Shown: positions 52,228 through 59,142 of the stretch, piece by piece
Position numbering within the stretch: the stretch's first letter is position 1
Layout: each line of letters opens with the position of its first letter
IMG/VR virus record: IMGVR_UViG_3300025759_000063
Span: 1-64,000 of that record
Source of the DNA: a virus
Strand: one strand, 5' to 3'
DNA: 64,000 bases
Notes under the pieces: generated by a model
Databases searched by the model: none
What the model saw: only the letters and a program-made list of their open reading frames with translations
Told to the model about the DNA's origin: nothing
Position numbers and translations under genes: made by a program

Positions 52228-52290
52228 TTGAGTTACTTAAGGGGAAACGATTTAAGACTGTGAGAGGCACCTAGAAGCGCCTCTAAGGTA

Positions 52291-52443
52291 TCAGAACTCC
52301 ACGGGGAGTAGGGTAGGACCATCGGCGGCATAATTACCCGATTCGCTACCCTCACCGTCGCTCACAAGTGCATTCAGAATCTCAAGAATTTGAGTGCCAG
52401 TGTTACCTTGACGCAGGGCGGAGAGCATCAGTGTCTTGGACAT
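52291..52443 (-). CDS. Hypothetical protein (50 aa)
   Basis: Manual translation MSKTLMLSALRQGNTGTQILEILNALVSDGEGSESGNYAADGPTLLPVEF; start 18 nt after repeat copy 2. Confidence 0.65.
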   Translation of the reverse strand: MSKTLMLSALRQGNTGTQILEILNALVSDGEGSESGNYAADGPTLLPVEF

Positions 52444-52461
52444 GTTTGAGTCGGTTGCTTA

Positions 52462-52490
52462 CACTACTGCTACACTTTATGTGGCTCAGT
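52462..52490 (-). repeat. 29-bp module repeat, copy 2
   Basis: ACTGAGCCACATAAAGTGT-AGC-AGTAGTG. Confidence 0.95.
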
Positions 52491-52499
52491 AACTGTTAC

Positions 52500-52673
52500 T
52501 CACCAACGGTCGGGTGTACTCAAGTCCTCAACATATGCCTCACACTTTTCCGCAGGTTCAAGCTTGAAGAGTTTCTCCCAATCAAGTTGATGAGGGTTAA
52601 AGTCTGCAAGTGCTTCAATCTCCAGAGTGATACGATAACGATGCTTCTGGGCCTGAAGATAACTGAGAGACAT
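52500..52673 (-). CDS. Hypothetical protein (57 aa)
   Basis: Manual translation MSLSYLQAQKHRYRITLEIEALADFNPHQLDWEKLFKLEPAEKCEAYVEDLSTPDRW; AAGGAG RBS and its own promoter. Confidence 0.75.
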   Translation of the reverse strand: MSLSYLQAQKHRYRITLEIEALADFNPHQLDWEKLFKLEPAEKCEAYVEDLSTPDRW

Positions 52674-52700
52674 GATTCGCTCCTTTGTTGTGACTTGAGT

Positions 52701-52729
52701 ATTCTAGGATATCGGCGCCGAAATGTCAA
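52701..52729 (-). promoter_or_regulatory. sigma70 promoter
   Basis: TTGACA-17 bp-TAGAAT on the minus strand. Confidence 0.8.
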
Positions 52730-52801
52730 GAATCGTCGGAGTATTTATCTGGCACGGTGACAATTTGCGGACCTTATGTGTGGGATTTTTGACCTTGTGG
52801 G

Positions 52802-52830
52802 TTGACAAAGTGCGGTCCTTATGTTATGCT
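52802..52830 (+). promoter_or_regulatory. sigma70 promoter firing into the tandem repeats (no plus-strand gene downstream)
   Basis: TTGACA (52802-52807), 17-bp spacer, TGn-TATGCT (52825-52830). Confidence 0.65.
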
Positions 52831-52839
52831 CGCTAAGAT

Positions 52840-52974
52840 CACAAGGTCCTGAGGGCTTTATACACAAGACTTGGAGGGCTTTATACTCAAGGGCCCACAA
52901 GGTCCTGAGGGCTTTATACACAAGACTTGGAGGGCTTTATACTCAAGGGCCCACAAGGTCCTGAGGGCTTTATA
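52840..52974. repeat. Tandem repeat: 2.4 copies of a 56-bp unit containing five 23-bp subunits CACAAG-N5-GAGGGCTTTATA (iteron-like)
   Basis: Unit CACAAGGTCCTGAGGGCTTTATA CACAAGACTTGGAGGGCTTTATA CTCAAGGGCC at 52840 and 52896, partial at 52952. Confidence 0.95.
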
Positions 52975-53001
52975 CAAGATTTCAAGAGCTTTTCAATGAG
53001 T

Positions 53002-53042
53002 TTTTCCACAATTATCAACACTTTTCCACAAGATGTGGAAAA
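53002..53042. promoter_or_regulatory. Cluster of DnaA-box-like 9-mers
   Basis: TTTTCCACA at 53002 and 53022, TTATCAACA at 53012, inverted TGTGGAAAA at 53034. Confidence 0.7.
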
Positions 53043-53093
53043 CTATAAAACTCTTAGCTATATTTTTTTAACCATTTATTAAATTAAAAACAT

Positions 53094-53126
53094 AAAAAAA
53101 AAAAAAAACACCCCTTGAGGGTGTTA
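53094..53126 (-). terminator. Terminator ending the upstream gene array before the origin-like locus
   Basis: AACACCCT-CAA-GGGGTGTT followed by a long T-run. Confidence 0.75.
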
Positions 53127-53276
53127 CTTAGGTCTTATAATCTCCGAGGTAGTGTATAGTACATCAGAGAGAAATTGTCTCGTTGGTGGTGACTTTGCAA
53201 TCAACACAGAGACTAGAATAAGAATCAAAATCTTCACTTGGTTAGCATAGAAGTTTGCAGATCTTGTCTTATTCAT
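53124..53276 (-). CDS. Small membrane protein (50 aa)
   Basis: Manual translation MNKTRSANFYANQVKILILILVSVLIAKSPPTRQFLSDVLYTTSEIIRPK. Confidence 0.6.
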   Translation of the reverse strand: MNKTRSANFYANQVKILILILVSVLIAKSPPTRQFLSDVLYTTSEIIRPK

Positions 53277-53278
53277 TC

Positions 53279-53611
53279 TCAACCCAGACGCATCGAAGAG
53301 AAGAAAGGAACGGTAGTTAGTCCTTGAACAGTGTTCATCTTAAGAAACCATTCTCCTGCTTTTTGGAATACACGATCACCACATTCTCCGTGTGCTTGAA
53401 GAATAGCATTCAGGCGAGACTTAGTGGTATTGGATTGCCAACCACCATCAAATAAGCGAAGAAAAGTCTCACCAATCTCTGCAATCTTTTTACCATGAAG
53501 GAATACAATAGAGAGATCATTTTGCTCATCATAGGTAACAACAGTATTGGCACTTTTCCAATTCTCGTTGTTAGTGATGGCATCATTCATTTGCTTTTCG
53601 ATCTTACGCAT
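53279..53611 (-). CDS. Conserved phage hypothetical protein
   Basis: MRKIE..M...W..ANT, LHG..IA, GWQSNTTKSRLNA; follows repeat copy 3. Confidence 0.8.
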   Translation of the reverse strand: MRKIEKQMNDAITNNENWKSANTVVTYDEQNDLSIVFLHGKKIAEIGETFLRLFDGGWQSNTTKSRLNAILQAHGECGDRVFQKAGEWFLKMNTVQGLTTVPFFSSMRLG

Positions 53612-53641
53612 TTGGTTTTTTTGTTTGAGGTTTCTGTCTTA

Positions 53642-53670
53642 CACTACTAGGACACTTTAAGTGGCTCAGT
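53642..53670 (-). repeat. 29-bp module repeat, copy 3
   Basis: ACTGAGCCACTTAAAGTGT-CCT-AGTAGTG. Confidence 0.95.
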
Positions 53671-53675
53671 GAGCA

Positions 53676-53921
53676 TTAGGAAATCAAATCTTCTAGAATC
53701 TCATCACCATAGCAATCGACAATTTCTTCCTTTAATTGTTGCTCATCATAGTCATTCAGATTCTCCATGATAACATCATAGGCCATAATCATCAGAGTTT
53801 TAGTATCCATATCATCAACAATCATCTGGGCATAATTATCACGGAGATTGGAGAGTTGATCAGGAGTAAGAGGCATGATTTCAGATTTGAGGATTTCGGT
53901 GTAAAGATTAGAGTCAGACAT
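53676..53921 (-). CDS. Hypothetical acidic protein
   Basis: 81-aa ORF; stop 5 nt before repeat copy 3. Confidence 0.7.
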   Translation of the reverse strand: MSDSNLYTEILKSEIMPLTPDQLSNLRDNYAQMIVDDMDTKTLMIMAYDVIMENLNDYDEQQLKEEIVDCYGDEILEDLIS

Positions 53922-54105
53922 TGGTCAGATCATTGATAGTGAGGACATGAACATCAGGAACAGATTCATCAAAATGTTCGGACCATTCTTGATACGATGC
54001 AACAGCATCATCAAGACGATTCTCATCTGTCAGTTTCATCACTTGTGCATGAATATCATCAAGAATGAGTGCCAACATCTTGTCTTTTTGATTGTTGTTC
54101 ATCAT
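53914..54105 (-). CDS. Hypothetical protein
   Basis: 63-aa ORF in a compact operon. Confidence 0.65.
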   Translation of the reverse strand: MMNNNQKDKMLALILDDIHAQVMKLTDENRLDDAVASYQEWSEHFDESVPDVHVLTINDLTNV

Positions 54106-54111
54106 CAGAAA

Positions 54112-54270
54112 TTAGAGAACTTGAAAGTCAGTGAAAATCTTAAGTTGTGTTGCAGTGAAGATTCTATCATCACTACATTTTGAATACTTTTCGCGTTCTA
54201 GATCAACATAGGTTTCGAGTGCACTTTGTATTGCGCGATACTCATCATTTGACAATTCCAATTTCAGCAT
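54112..54270 (-). CDS. Hypothetical protein
   Basis: Start reassigned to MLKLELS, 1 nt after the upstream stop. Confidence 0.6.
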   Translation of the reverse strand: MLKLELSNDEYRAIQSALETYVDLEREKYSKCSDDRIFTATQLKIFTDFQVL

Positions 54271-54271
54271 A

Positions 54272-54499
54272 TCAATCAAAACGGGATGAAACATCTTTTC
54301 CTGGGTTTTCATAGAATGAAACAGTCTCTGTAATCTGCGAAACATCATATGTGAATTGAACCATCTTTCCATCCTTCAGAATACGATACTGAGTCAATTC
54401 TTTCCAGAATGGTTGACCATTATCATCCCAACTCTGACGCTTTTCTTTGACAGGAACAATCTCATAATCCTGATTCGTTTTTAATGAGGTGTAAATCAT
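54272..54499 (-). CDS. Hypothetical protein
   Basis: 75-aa ORF starting 19 nt after repeat copy 4. Confidence 0.7.
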   Translation of the reverse strand: MIYTSLKTNQDYEIVPVKEKRQSWDDNGQPFWKELTQYRILKDGKMVQFTYDVSQITETVSFYENPGKDVSSRFD

Positions 54500-54518
54500 C
54501 TTTTTCGTTTGAACGTCT

Positions 54519-54547
54519 CACTACTAGGACACTTTAAGGGGCTCAGT
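54519..54547 (-). repeat. 29-bp module repeat, copy 4
   Basis: ACTGAGCCCCTTAAAGTGT-CCT-AGTAGTG; its TGA is the stop of 54543-54884. Confidence 0.95.
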
Positions 54548-54884
54548 AACCCTTACTCATCATGGAAAGTGCAGCATCCTGAGTGGTGCTATCTTGTGGC
54601 AGTTGTACTTTGCGAGCACAATCAATTGCATCAGCAAAGTTATCGAAACTACCGAAGTTCTTTTGATTGCCAACCCAGCAACCTTTGTACTCATAGATCA
54701 TTGCTTCGACAGAGAATACATCGACTTTGGTATCACGATTCACACCGTGCTTAATATAAACTTTTCCATCATTTCGAGTGTACTTATCAAAGGTGTTAGA
54801 CTTGAAAGTACGGGAGAAATCAGTCACAAACTCAGAGGTGAGATCAGTATTCTGAGCGAAGAGATTAGCAAAGTGAATTGTCAT
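54543..54884 (-). CDS. Hypothetical protein (single-gene module)
   Basis: 113-aa ORF bracketed exactly by repeat copies 5 and 4. Confidence 0.75.
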   Translation of the reverse strand: MTIHFANLFAQNTDLTSEFVTDFSRTFKSNTFDKYTRNDGKVYIKHGVNRDTKVDVFSVEAMIYEYKGCWVGNQKNFGSFDNFADAIDCARKVQLPQDSTTQDAALSMMSKGY

Positions 54885-54907
54885 TTTTGAATTTCGTTTG
54901 AACCTTA

Positions 54908-54936
54908 CACTACTGGTACACTTTAAGTGGCTCAGT
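54908..54936 (-). repeat. 29-bp module repeat, copy 5
   Basis: ACTGAGCCACTTAAAGTGT-ACC-AGTAGTG. Confidence 0.95.
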
Positions 54937-54941
54937 AGACA

Positions 54942-55184
54942 TTAGAGAGTGAACGTTTGCTCTACAATCACATCAAAATCTTCCGTCATTTTGACATAAT
55001 TCCACTCACCAATATCCTCTCCTTCTTGATAACAATGAATCAGATCATTTGCATCAGTCTTGACATAACAACCATCATCAAAGTTATCCTCATCGAGAAC
55101 ATAACCAGATGCAATCAGTGCTTCAGTAAAAGTCATTTTGTTGTGAAGATAAGTCTTAATCAGTGACATTTTTTCGTTATTCAT
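54942..55184 (-). CDS. Hypothetical protein
   Basis: 80-aa ORF; alternative start at 55136. Confidence 0.7.
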   Translation of the reverse strand: MNNEKMSLIKTYLHNKMTFTEALIASGYVLDEDNFDDGCYVKTDANDLIHCYQEGEDIGEWNYVKMTEDFDVIVEQTFTL

Positions 55185-55528
55185 CGGAGATAAAGAAACC
55201 CACCGTATTGATCACAAATAGTGGGATTCTCAGTGAGTTGCTCAACATAGAATCGAATACCCTTTGCAGGTGCTTTTACACTGGCAGGTTTGTAACATGC
55301 ACCAGTGTTATTCTCCACAAACATATATGCAGAGCGTCCATGTTTACGTTCACCACCAGAGACCAAATAAGTCATCAGTTTGATGTACTTACGACCGAAA
55401 TCTGCTTCGACTTGGTAATAAGTATCATGACCAGATTCGATGGCATTAACTTTCCATTGGTCATTCAATTGCTCAATCAGAGTATCAACAAGGAACTCAG
55501 ATTTGGTTTGATTCAGAATAGCAGACAT
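55181..55528 (-). CDS. Conserved phage hypothetical protein
   Basis: GRKYIKL...FVE..TG..YKPAS.KAPAKGIRF...GGFLYLR. Confidence 0.78.
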   Translation of the reverse strand: MSAILNQTKSEFLVDTLIEQLNDQWKVNAIESGHDTYYQVEADFGRKYIKLMTYLVSGGERKHGRSAYMFVENNTGACYKPASVKAPAKGIRFYVEQLTENPTICDQYGGFLYLR

Positions 55529-55565
55529 TTTCTTTTGATTATAATTTAAGTGTTGAATTGTGCAA

Positions 55566-55817
55566 TCAGCAGGCACAGGTAAGTGCAGAATTGAACAGTT
55601 GCGGTTCGGTGTGCATATCAGTCACAATGTAACCATAACCCTCAACACGGGAATCTACCTCATACTGGAAATCTTTCTTGGTAATGTAGCGAATAGATTG
55701 CTTGCAGTTAGAGAAAGTCAGAATCTTGAGAATATGACGATTGGAGATAGTTCCATCCGCATACTTTACGGGATAGAAATCAACAATCATGTTAGCATCT
55801 TTGGAAGTGAGTTGCAT
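55566..55817 (-). CDS. Hypothetical protein
   Basis: 83-aa ORF with AAGGAG RBS after repeat copy 6. Confidence 0.75.
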   Translation of the reverse strand: MQLTSKDANMIVDFYPVKYADGTISNRHILKILTFSNCKQSIRYITKKDFQYEVDSRVEGYGYIVTDMHTEPQLFNSALTCAC

Positions 55818-55842
55818 TTTTCTCCTTTGGGTTTCTGTCTTA

Positions 55843-55871
55843 CACTACTGGAACACTTTAAGGGGCTCAGT
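55843..55871 (-). repeat. 29-bp module repeat, copy 6
   Basis: ACTGAGCCCCTTAAAGTGT-TCC-AGTAGTG. Confidence 0.95.
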
Positions 55872-55876
55872 GAGCA

Positions 55877-56020
55877 CTACTTGAAAACTGCTGTGCATCC
55901 TACAATCTTTGCCTTAGGATTACGTGCTAATGCAGTCTCACGCGCATCCTGATAGTTTACAGCTTCCACAATCTCTGAGAATACCTTACCTGCAACATAC
56001 AAATCAACTTTAACTCTCAT
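55877..56020 (-). CDS. Small cyanophage-type protein (47 aa)
   Basis: Manual translation MRVKVDLYVAGKVFSEIVEAVNYQDARETALARNPKAKIVGCTAVFK. Confidence 0.7.
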   Translation of the reverse strand: MRVKVDLYVAGKVFSEIVEAVNYQDARETALARNPKAKIVGCTAVFK

Positions 56021-56029
56021 GTGCTTAAA

Positions 56030-56227
56030 TTATAGAGTTTGCCATGATTGTGCTTCCTTGACATCAGAATCATAATACTTCTGCATTATGCTGTCAATGA
56101 TAGGATACCACTCTTCATTAGAACTTGGATACCCACATTCTCTTGCTTCACGAAGAAACCTTAAAATGCAAGTTTCCTCATTAGGAGTAAGGTCAACGCG
56201 GTTCAAACTGTAAGTCCAGATGTTCAT
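56030..56227 (-). CDS. Hypothetical protein
   Basis: 65-aa ORF in a compact operon. Confidence 0.65.
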   Translation of the reverse strand: MNIWTYSLNRVDLTPNEETCILRFLREARECGYPSSNEEWYPIIDSIMQKYYDSDVKEAQSWQTL

Positions 56228-56230
56228 GAT

Positions 56231-56392
56231 TTAGACAGAAGGAGTAACAGAAACTTCTTTAATGTTTAGTCCACAGAGTTGATTGTAGACACGATTATTG
56301 ATAAGGTCACAAGCACGTTTTGCACTCGATTTCTCATACCAAACGGTCACACATCCGTCGTTGGTCTCAACTCGAACTCGATAGTTTTTCAT
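56231..56392 (-). CDS. Hypothetical protein
   Basis: Start reassigned to MKNYRVRVET; TACAAT about 30 nt upstream. Confidence 0.65.
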   Translation of the reverse strand: MKNYRVRVETNDGCVTVWYEKSSAKRACDLINNRVYNQLCGLNIKEVSVTPSV

Positions 56393-56508
56393 ACTTTTGG
56401 AATTGAATGTGCTTTGTTGATGATTGTAACCCATTCGGTTGGGGGTGATAGTTTGTTGGAAACTTTCACCCACCGACCCTTAAACTTAACGATTGTGTAT
56501 TTCATAAA

Positions 56509-56700
56509 TCACCACTCAGTTTGATGTGAACGATAATTCATCAGATAAGTTAGACAATCGTCTGCCTTTTTGAGTTCCTTTTCTTTCTGATACCTATCAG
56601 AGTGATATACACTCAAGCGGTCAACTTCTTTGAGAAGATTGAGTCGAAAGAAAGTGAACTCATCATCAGCAAAAAGTGTGCGGGGGTCTTGTGCTTTCAT
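56509..56700 (-). CDS. Hypothetical protein
   Basis: 63-aa ORF starting 18 nt after repeat copy 7. Confidence 0.65.
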   Translation of the reverse strand: MKAQDPRTLFADDEFTFFRLNLLKEVDRLSVYHSDRYQKEKELKKADDCLTYLMNYRSHQTEW

Positions 56701-56718
56701 GTTTGAGTATGCTTCTTA

Positions 56719-56747
56719 CACTACTGGGACACTTTAAGGGGCTCAGT
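56719..56747 (-). repeat. 29-bp module repeat, copy 7
   Basis: ACTGAGCCCCTTAAAGTGT-CCC-AGTAGTG. Confidence 0.95.
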
Positions 56748-56752
56748 AACTA

Positions 56753-56923
56753 TCAGGCAACTGCATCCTCATCACTCACAAGAGAAAGATCTGGCAGGTT
56801 ATTTACACGCGACTTCATACGGTTGTGCTTAGAAATTGTCCATCCGTTAGCATCAGCATCGTGCAGAACTCCATCTAGTTGACGACGCTCAGATTCGGTG
56901 TGAAAATGCCTTTCTTGGTTCAT
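56753..56923 (-). CDS. Hypothetical protein
   Basis: Start reassigned to MNQERHF, downstream of a sigma70 promoter. Confidence 0.65.
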   Translation of the reverse strand: MNQERHFHTESERRQLDGVLHDADANGWTISKHNRMKSRVNNLPDLSLVSDEDAVA

Positions 56924-56950
56924 GATTTCAAATCTCAAGAGAACATAAAG

Positions 56951-56979
56951 ATTGTACCAGATTTTATTCACTCTGGCAA
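56951..56979 (-). promoter_or_regulatory. sigma70 promoter
   Basis: TTGCCA-17 bp-TACAAT on the minus strand. Confidence 0.65.
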
Positions 56980-56988
56980 TGGTAGCTT

Positions 56989-57246
56989 TTACCTACCGCA
57001 AGGCACCTCTTCGTACCACGTTCTGACATAACCAGGACGCCATCTGTTGCCAGGAACATATTCTTCTCTGCGAATACGTTTGATACAATATCTGTGATAG
57101 AAGTGGTCTCTGTAATTATCACGCTTTCTTTCATGGCGATGATCACTATCCTCATGAACAAATGGCTCCCAGAACTGTTGCCAGGTGATAGCATTTGCAG
57201 GGATGGGAGAGAGTGCTAAGAGCACAGCAGTTAGTAACAGTTTCAT
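56989..57246 (-). CDS. Putative exported small protein
   Basis: Signal-peptide-like MKLLLTAVLLALSPIPANA; His/Arg-rich middle; C...EEYVPG...EVPC tail. Confidence 0.7.
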   Translation of the reverse strand: MKLLLTAVLLALSPIPANAITWQQFWEPFVHEDSDHRHERKRDNYRDHFYHRYCIKRIRREEYVPGNRWRPGYVRTWYEEVPCGR

Positions 57247-57268
57247 GGTTAAAATAGACTCCATTTAT

Positions 57269-58174
57269 TTAACTCCAAACCTTTTCCATGTTGAAGTTTG
57301 CATAACTAAACTCTTCACGGTCAACAACCTTGAAAGTCCCATAATTGTTAGAGATAACATAACCTTCATGGCAAACAAACGTATTACCAATCATACAAGC
57401 AATGTCATCGGTTTCTTTAATGAACAAGAACAAATCATCCTTCATAGATGCAACCAACTTCCAAAGCCGTAGCAGGTTGATGTCACATTCACATTTTTCT
57501 GCAATTTCATCCTCAACAATGGGTTGACCCTCACGGATGCAGGCATTGATTGCTTTTTTGATTTGTGTTGCCTTGCGAGCACTTACAAAATCACATAGAG
57601 TGGACATTTGACGGGCAAATGCTGCAACATCTGCCAAATCTTCACGGTATGGGTTTAACTCAACCTCGGGTTGAATAAACAGACAATTTTGGGTGCTGGG
57701 AAGGTCAAGAACCAAAGGATAAGCATCAACCTCACGCAAATCATTCCCACCACTATAAACAGTGTGTGGGGCTACAATTATATCTTGAGAGATAAACTCT
57801 GGGAAGACATATGTCAAAGTGTTGGGGCGATAGGTATCAGAACCACCGACACCAATCCAATCACCTTGGACAATAGTTTTGGTGCGAGGAAGATACTTAA
57901 AGCAAAGATGCAGAATATCTGCAACTCTACCCTCATAGAACTTATCAATCTCCCGATGAGAATGTGCAATCTTGATTTTTACTTTGTTAAAGGCACTTTT
58001 TGTAGCCACAAACCATTTCCCATTTGCAGGATTTGTTCCCCAAACCAAGCTAGGACTCCCATCAATTTTTGTGCTGATGATAGAATCAGGGTCCGAGAAC
58101 CAATCAAGAACCGAAAGGTCACCCGTTAGGATAGAATCTTCTACGTGTTCAAGGTGGATATTTTGTGCCATCAA
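57269..58174 (-). CDS. DUF6267-like protein with ligase/nucleotidyltransferase-type motifs
   Basis: NIHLEHVED, TKIDG, QGD, HEGYV, FKVVDREEFS. Confidence 0.75.
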   Translation of the reverse strand: MMAQNIHLEHVEDSILTGDLSVLDWFSDPDSIISTKIDGSPSLVWGTNPANGKWFVATKSAFNKVKIKIAHSHREIDKFYEGRVADILHLCFKYLPRTKTIVQGDWIGVGGSDTYRPNTLTYVFPEFISQDIIVAPHTVYSGGNDLREVDAYPLVLDLPSTQNCLFIQPEVELNPYREDLADVAAFARQMSTLCDFVSARKATQIKKAINACIREGQPIVEDEIAEKCECDINLLRLWKLVASMKDDLFLFIKETDDIACMIGNTFVCHEGYVISNNYGTFKVVDREEFSYANFNMEKVWS

Positions 58175-58187
58175 TTTACCATCGCTA

Positions 58188-58216
58188 CACTACTAGGACA
58201 CTTTAAGGGGCTCAGA
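58188..58216 (-). repeat. 29-bp module repeat, copy 8
   Basis: TCTGAGCCCCTTAAAGTGT-CCT-AGTAGTG; its TGA is the stop of 58212-58679. Confidence 0.93.
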
Positions 58217-58679
58217 TAGAAACAATCTCTTTAATGTAATAGGTGGAAGAATTGTAGCATTCATATTGCTTTTCTTTCTTATACTTTGTCCGATGAACTA
58301 TTGCTTTAATATTACTATATGTGTGACCCTTATTGCGTGCCCAAGTTGATAACTGCTTTACAATTTCTTCTGTCCCATCTCTAAAAATTATCTTATAAGT
58401 CTTTGCGTTAGGATTATTTTCTTTTAGTTGTTTTAGGTTTGCCTTTTTACCCTCTTCACTATGAACATTCACCCGTCCTCTATACCAACCATCTGGGATT
58501 TCATCACATTTGACCATCTTATTATCTGTTCCATTTGTTATCCAAATCTTACCTTTATTTGGAGGTGGTATATTCATTTCTTGTGGTGACAATAGCTCAT
58601 AATCATCTTCCATCAAGATGAAATCTTTTCCAGATACGTTGAAACATTCGTTCAACGATTGAACGCTTACTTTATTCAT
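58212..58679 (-). CDS. Homing-endonuclease-related (NUMOD-like) DNA-binding protein without an evident nuclease domain
   Basis: KGKIWITNG...IPDGWYRGR and NPNAKTY...LSTWAR segments; no GIY-YIG or HNH motif seen. Confidence 0.6.
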   Translation of the reverse strand: MNKVSVQSLNECFNVSGKDFILMEDDYELLSPQEMNIPPPNKGKIWITNGTDNKMVKCDEIPDGWYRGRVNVHSEEGKKANLKQLKENNPNAKTYKIIFRDGTEEIVKQLSTWARNKGHTYSNIKAIVHRTKYKKEKQYECYNSSTYYIKEIVSI

Positions 58680-58685
58680 TCTGCT

Positions 58686-58777
58686 TTATGTGTCGCAGTA
58701 TTATTTATACAAGAAAAGGGGCATTTCTGCCCCCATTCTCTTTGCTTAGTTGCGACACATAAGCATCATTATTTATA
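58686..58777 (-). promoter_or_regulatory. Tandem late promoters, 12-bp inverted repeat and internal terminator; possible small RNA
   Basis: TATAAATA at 58770-58777 and 58702-58709; arms 58751-58762 and 58686-58697; GGGGCA-GAAA-TGCCCC-TTTTCTT at 58711-58733. Confidence 0.75.
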
Positions 58778-59071
58778 TCACTCAACAATGTCGTTGTAAG
58801 TATTTTGAACTTTACCAACAAACTCTTGACGCTGTTCGGGAGTCAGAAGATTGTTGCGAACAAAATTAATCAAAGTGAAAAGTCCAACAAGTTGCATTAT
58901 ACCATTGAACACAGGAATTGCATCCACAACCATCACAACCTCATGAATTATCAGTTGTGCAACAATTACAACAAAGAGAATAGTTGCGGAGATTCCAACT
59001 TTTTTGAGAACATCGTTGGTAACATTCTCATTGACGAAGGTCTTGATTTGTGCGATTTTGTCGTTCATCAT
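58778..59071 (-). CDS. CAAD/CurT (curvature thylakoid)-like membrane protein
   Basis: Two hydrophobic segments and the pattern VDAIPVFNGIMQLVGL...FVRNNLL...RQEF, matching the CAAD signature by eye. Confidence 0.75.
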   Translation of the reverse strand: MMNDKIAQIKTFVNENVTNDVLKKVGISATILFVVIVAQLIIHEVVMVVDAIPVFNGIMQLVGLFTLINFVRNNLLTPEQRQEFVGKVQNTYNDIVE

Positions 59072-59113
59072 TTCAAAAGTTTAATAGTTTTTGTGGGAGC
59101 AGTGTGCTCCTCA

Positions 59114-59142
59114 CACTACTGGAACACTTTAAGGGGCTCAGT
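59114..59142 (-). repeat. 29-bp module repeat, copy 9
   Basis: ACTGAGCCCCTTAAAGTGT-TCC-AGTAGTG; its TGA is the dam stop. Confidence 0.95.

Noticed and set aside
52236-52245. Possible eleventh repeat copy (CCCCTTAA); a similar fragment lies near 62170
   Set aside because: Only 8-10 nt match, without the ACTGAG and AGTAGT blocks.
52840-52974. Mini-CRISPR interpretation of the 23/56-bp tandem repeat
   Set aside because: Intervening sequences are themselves repeated exactly, so there are no unique spacers.
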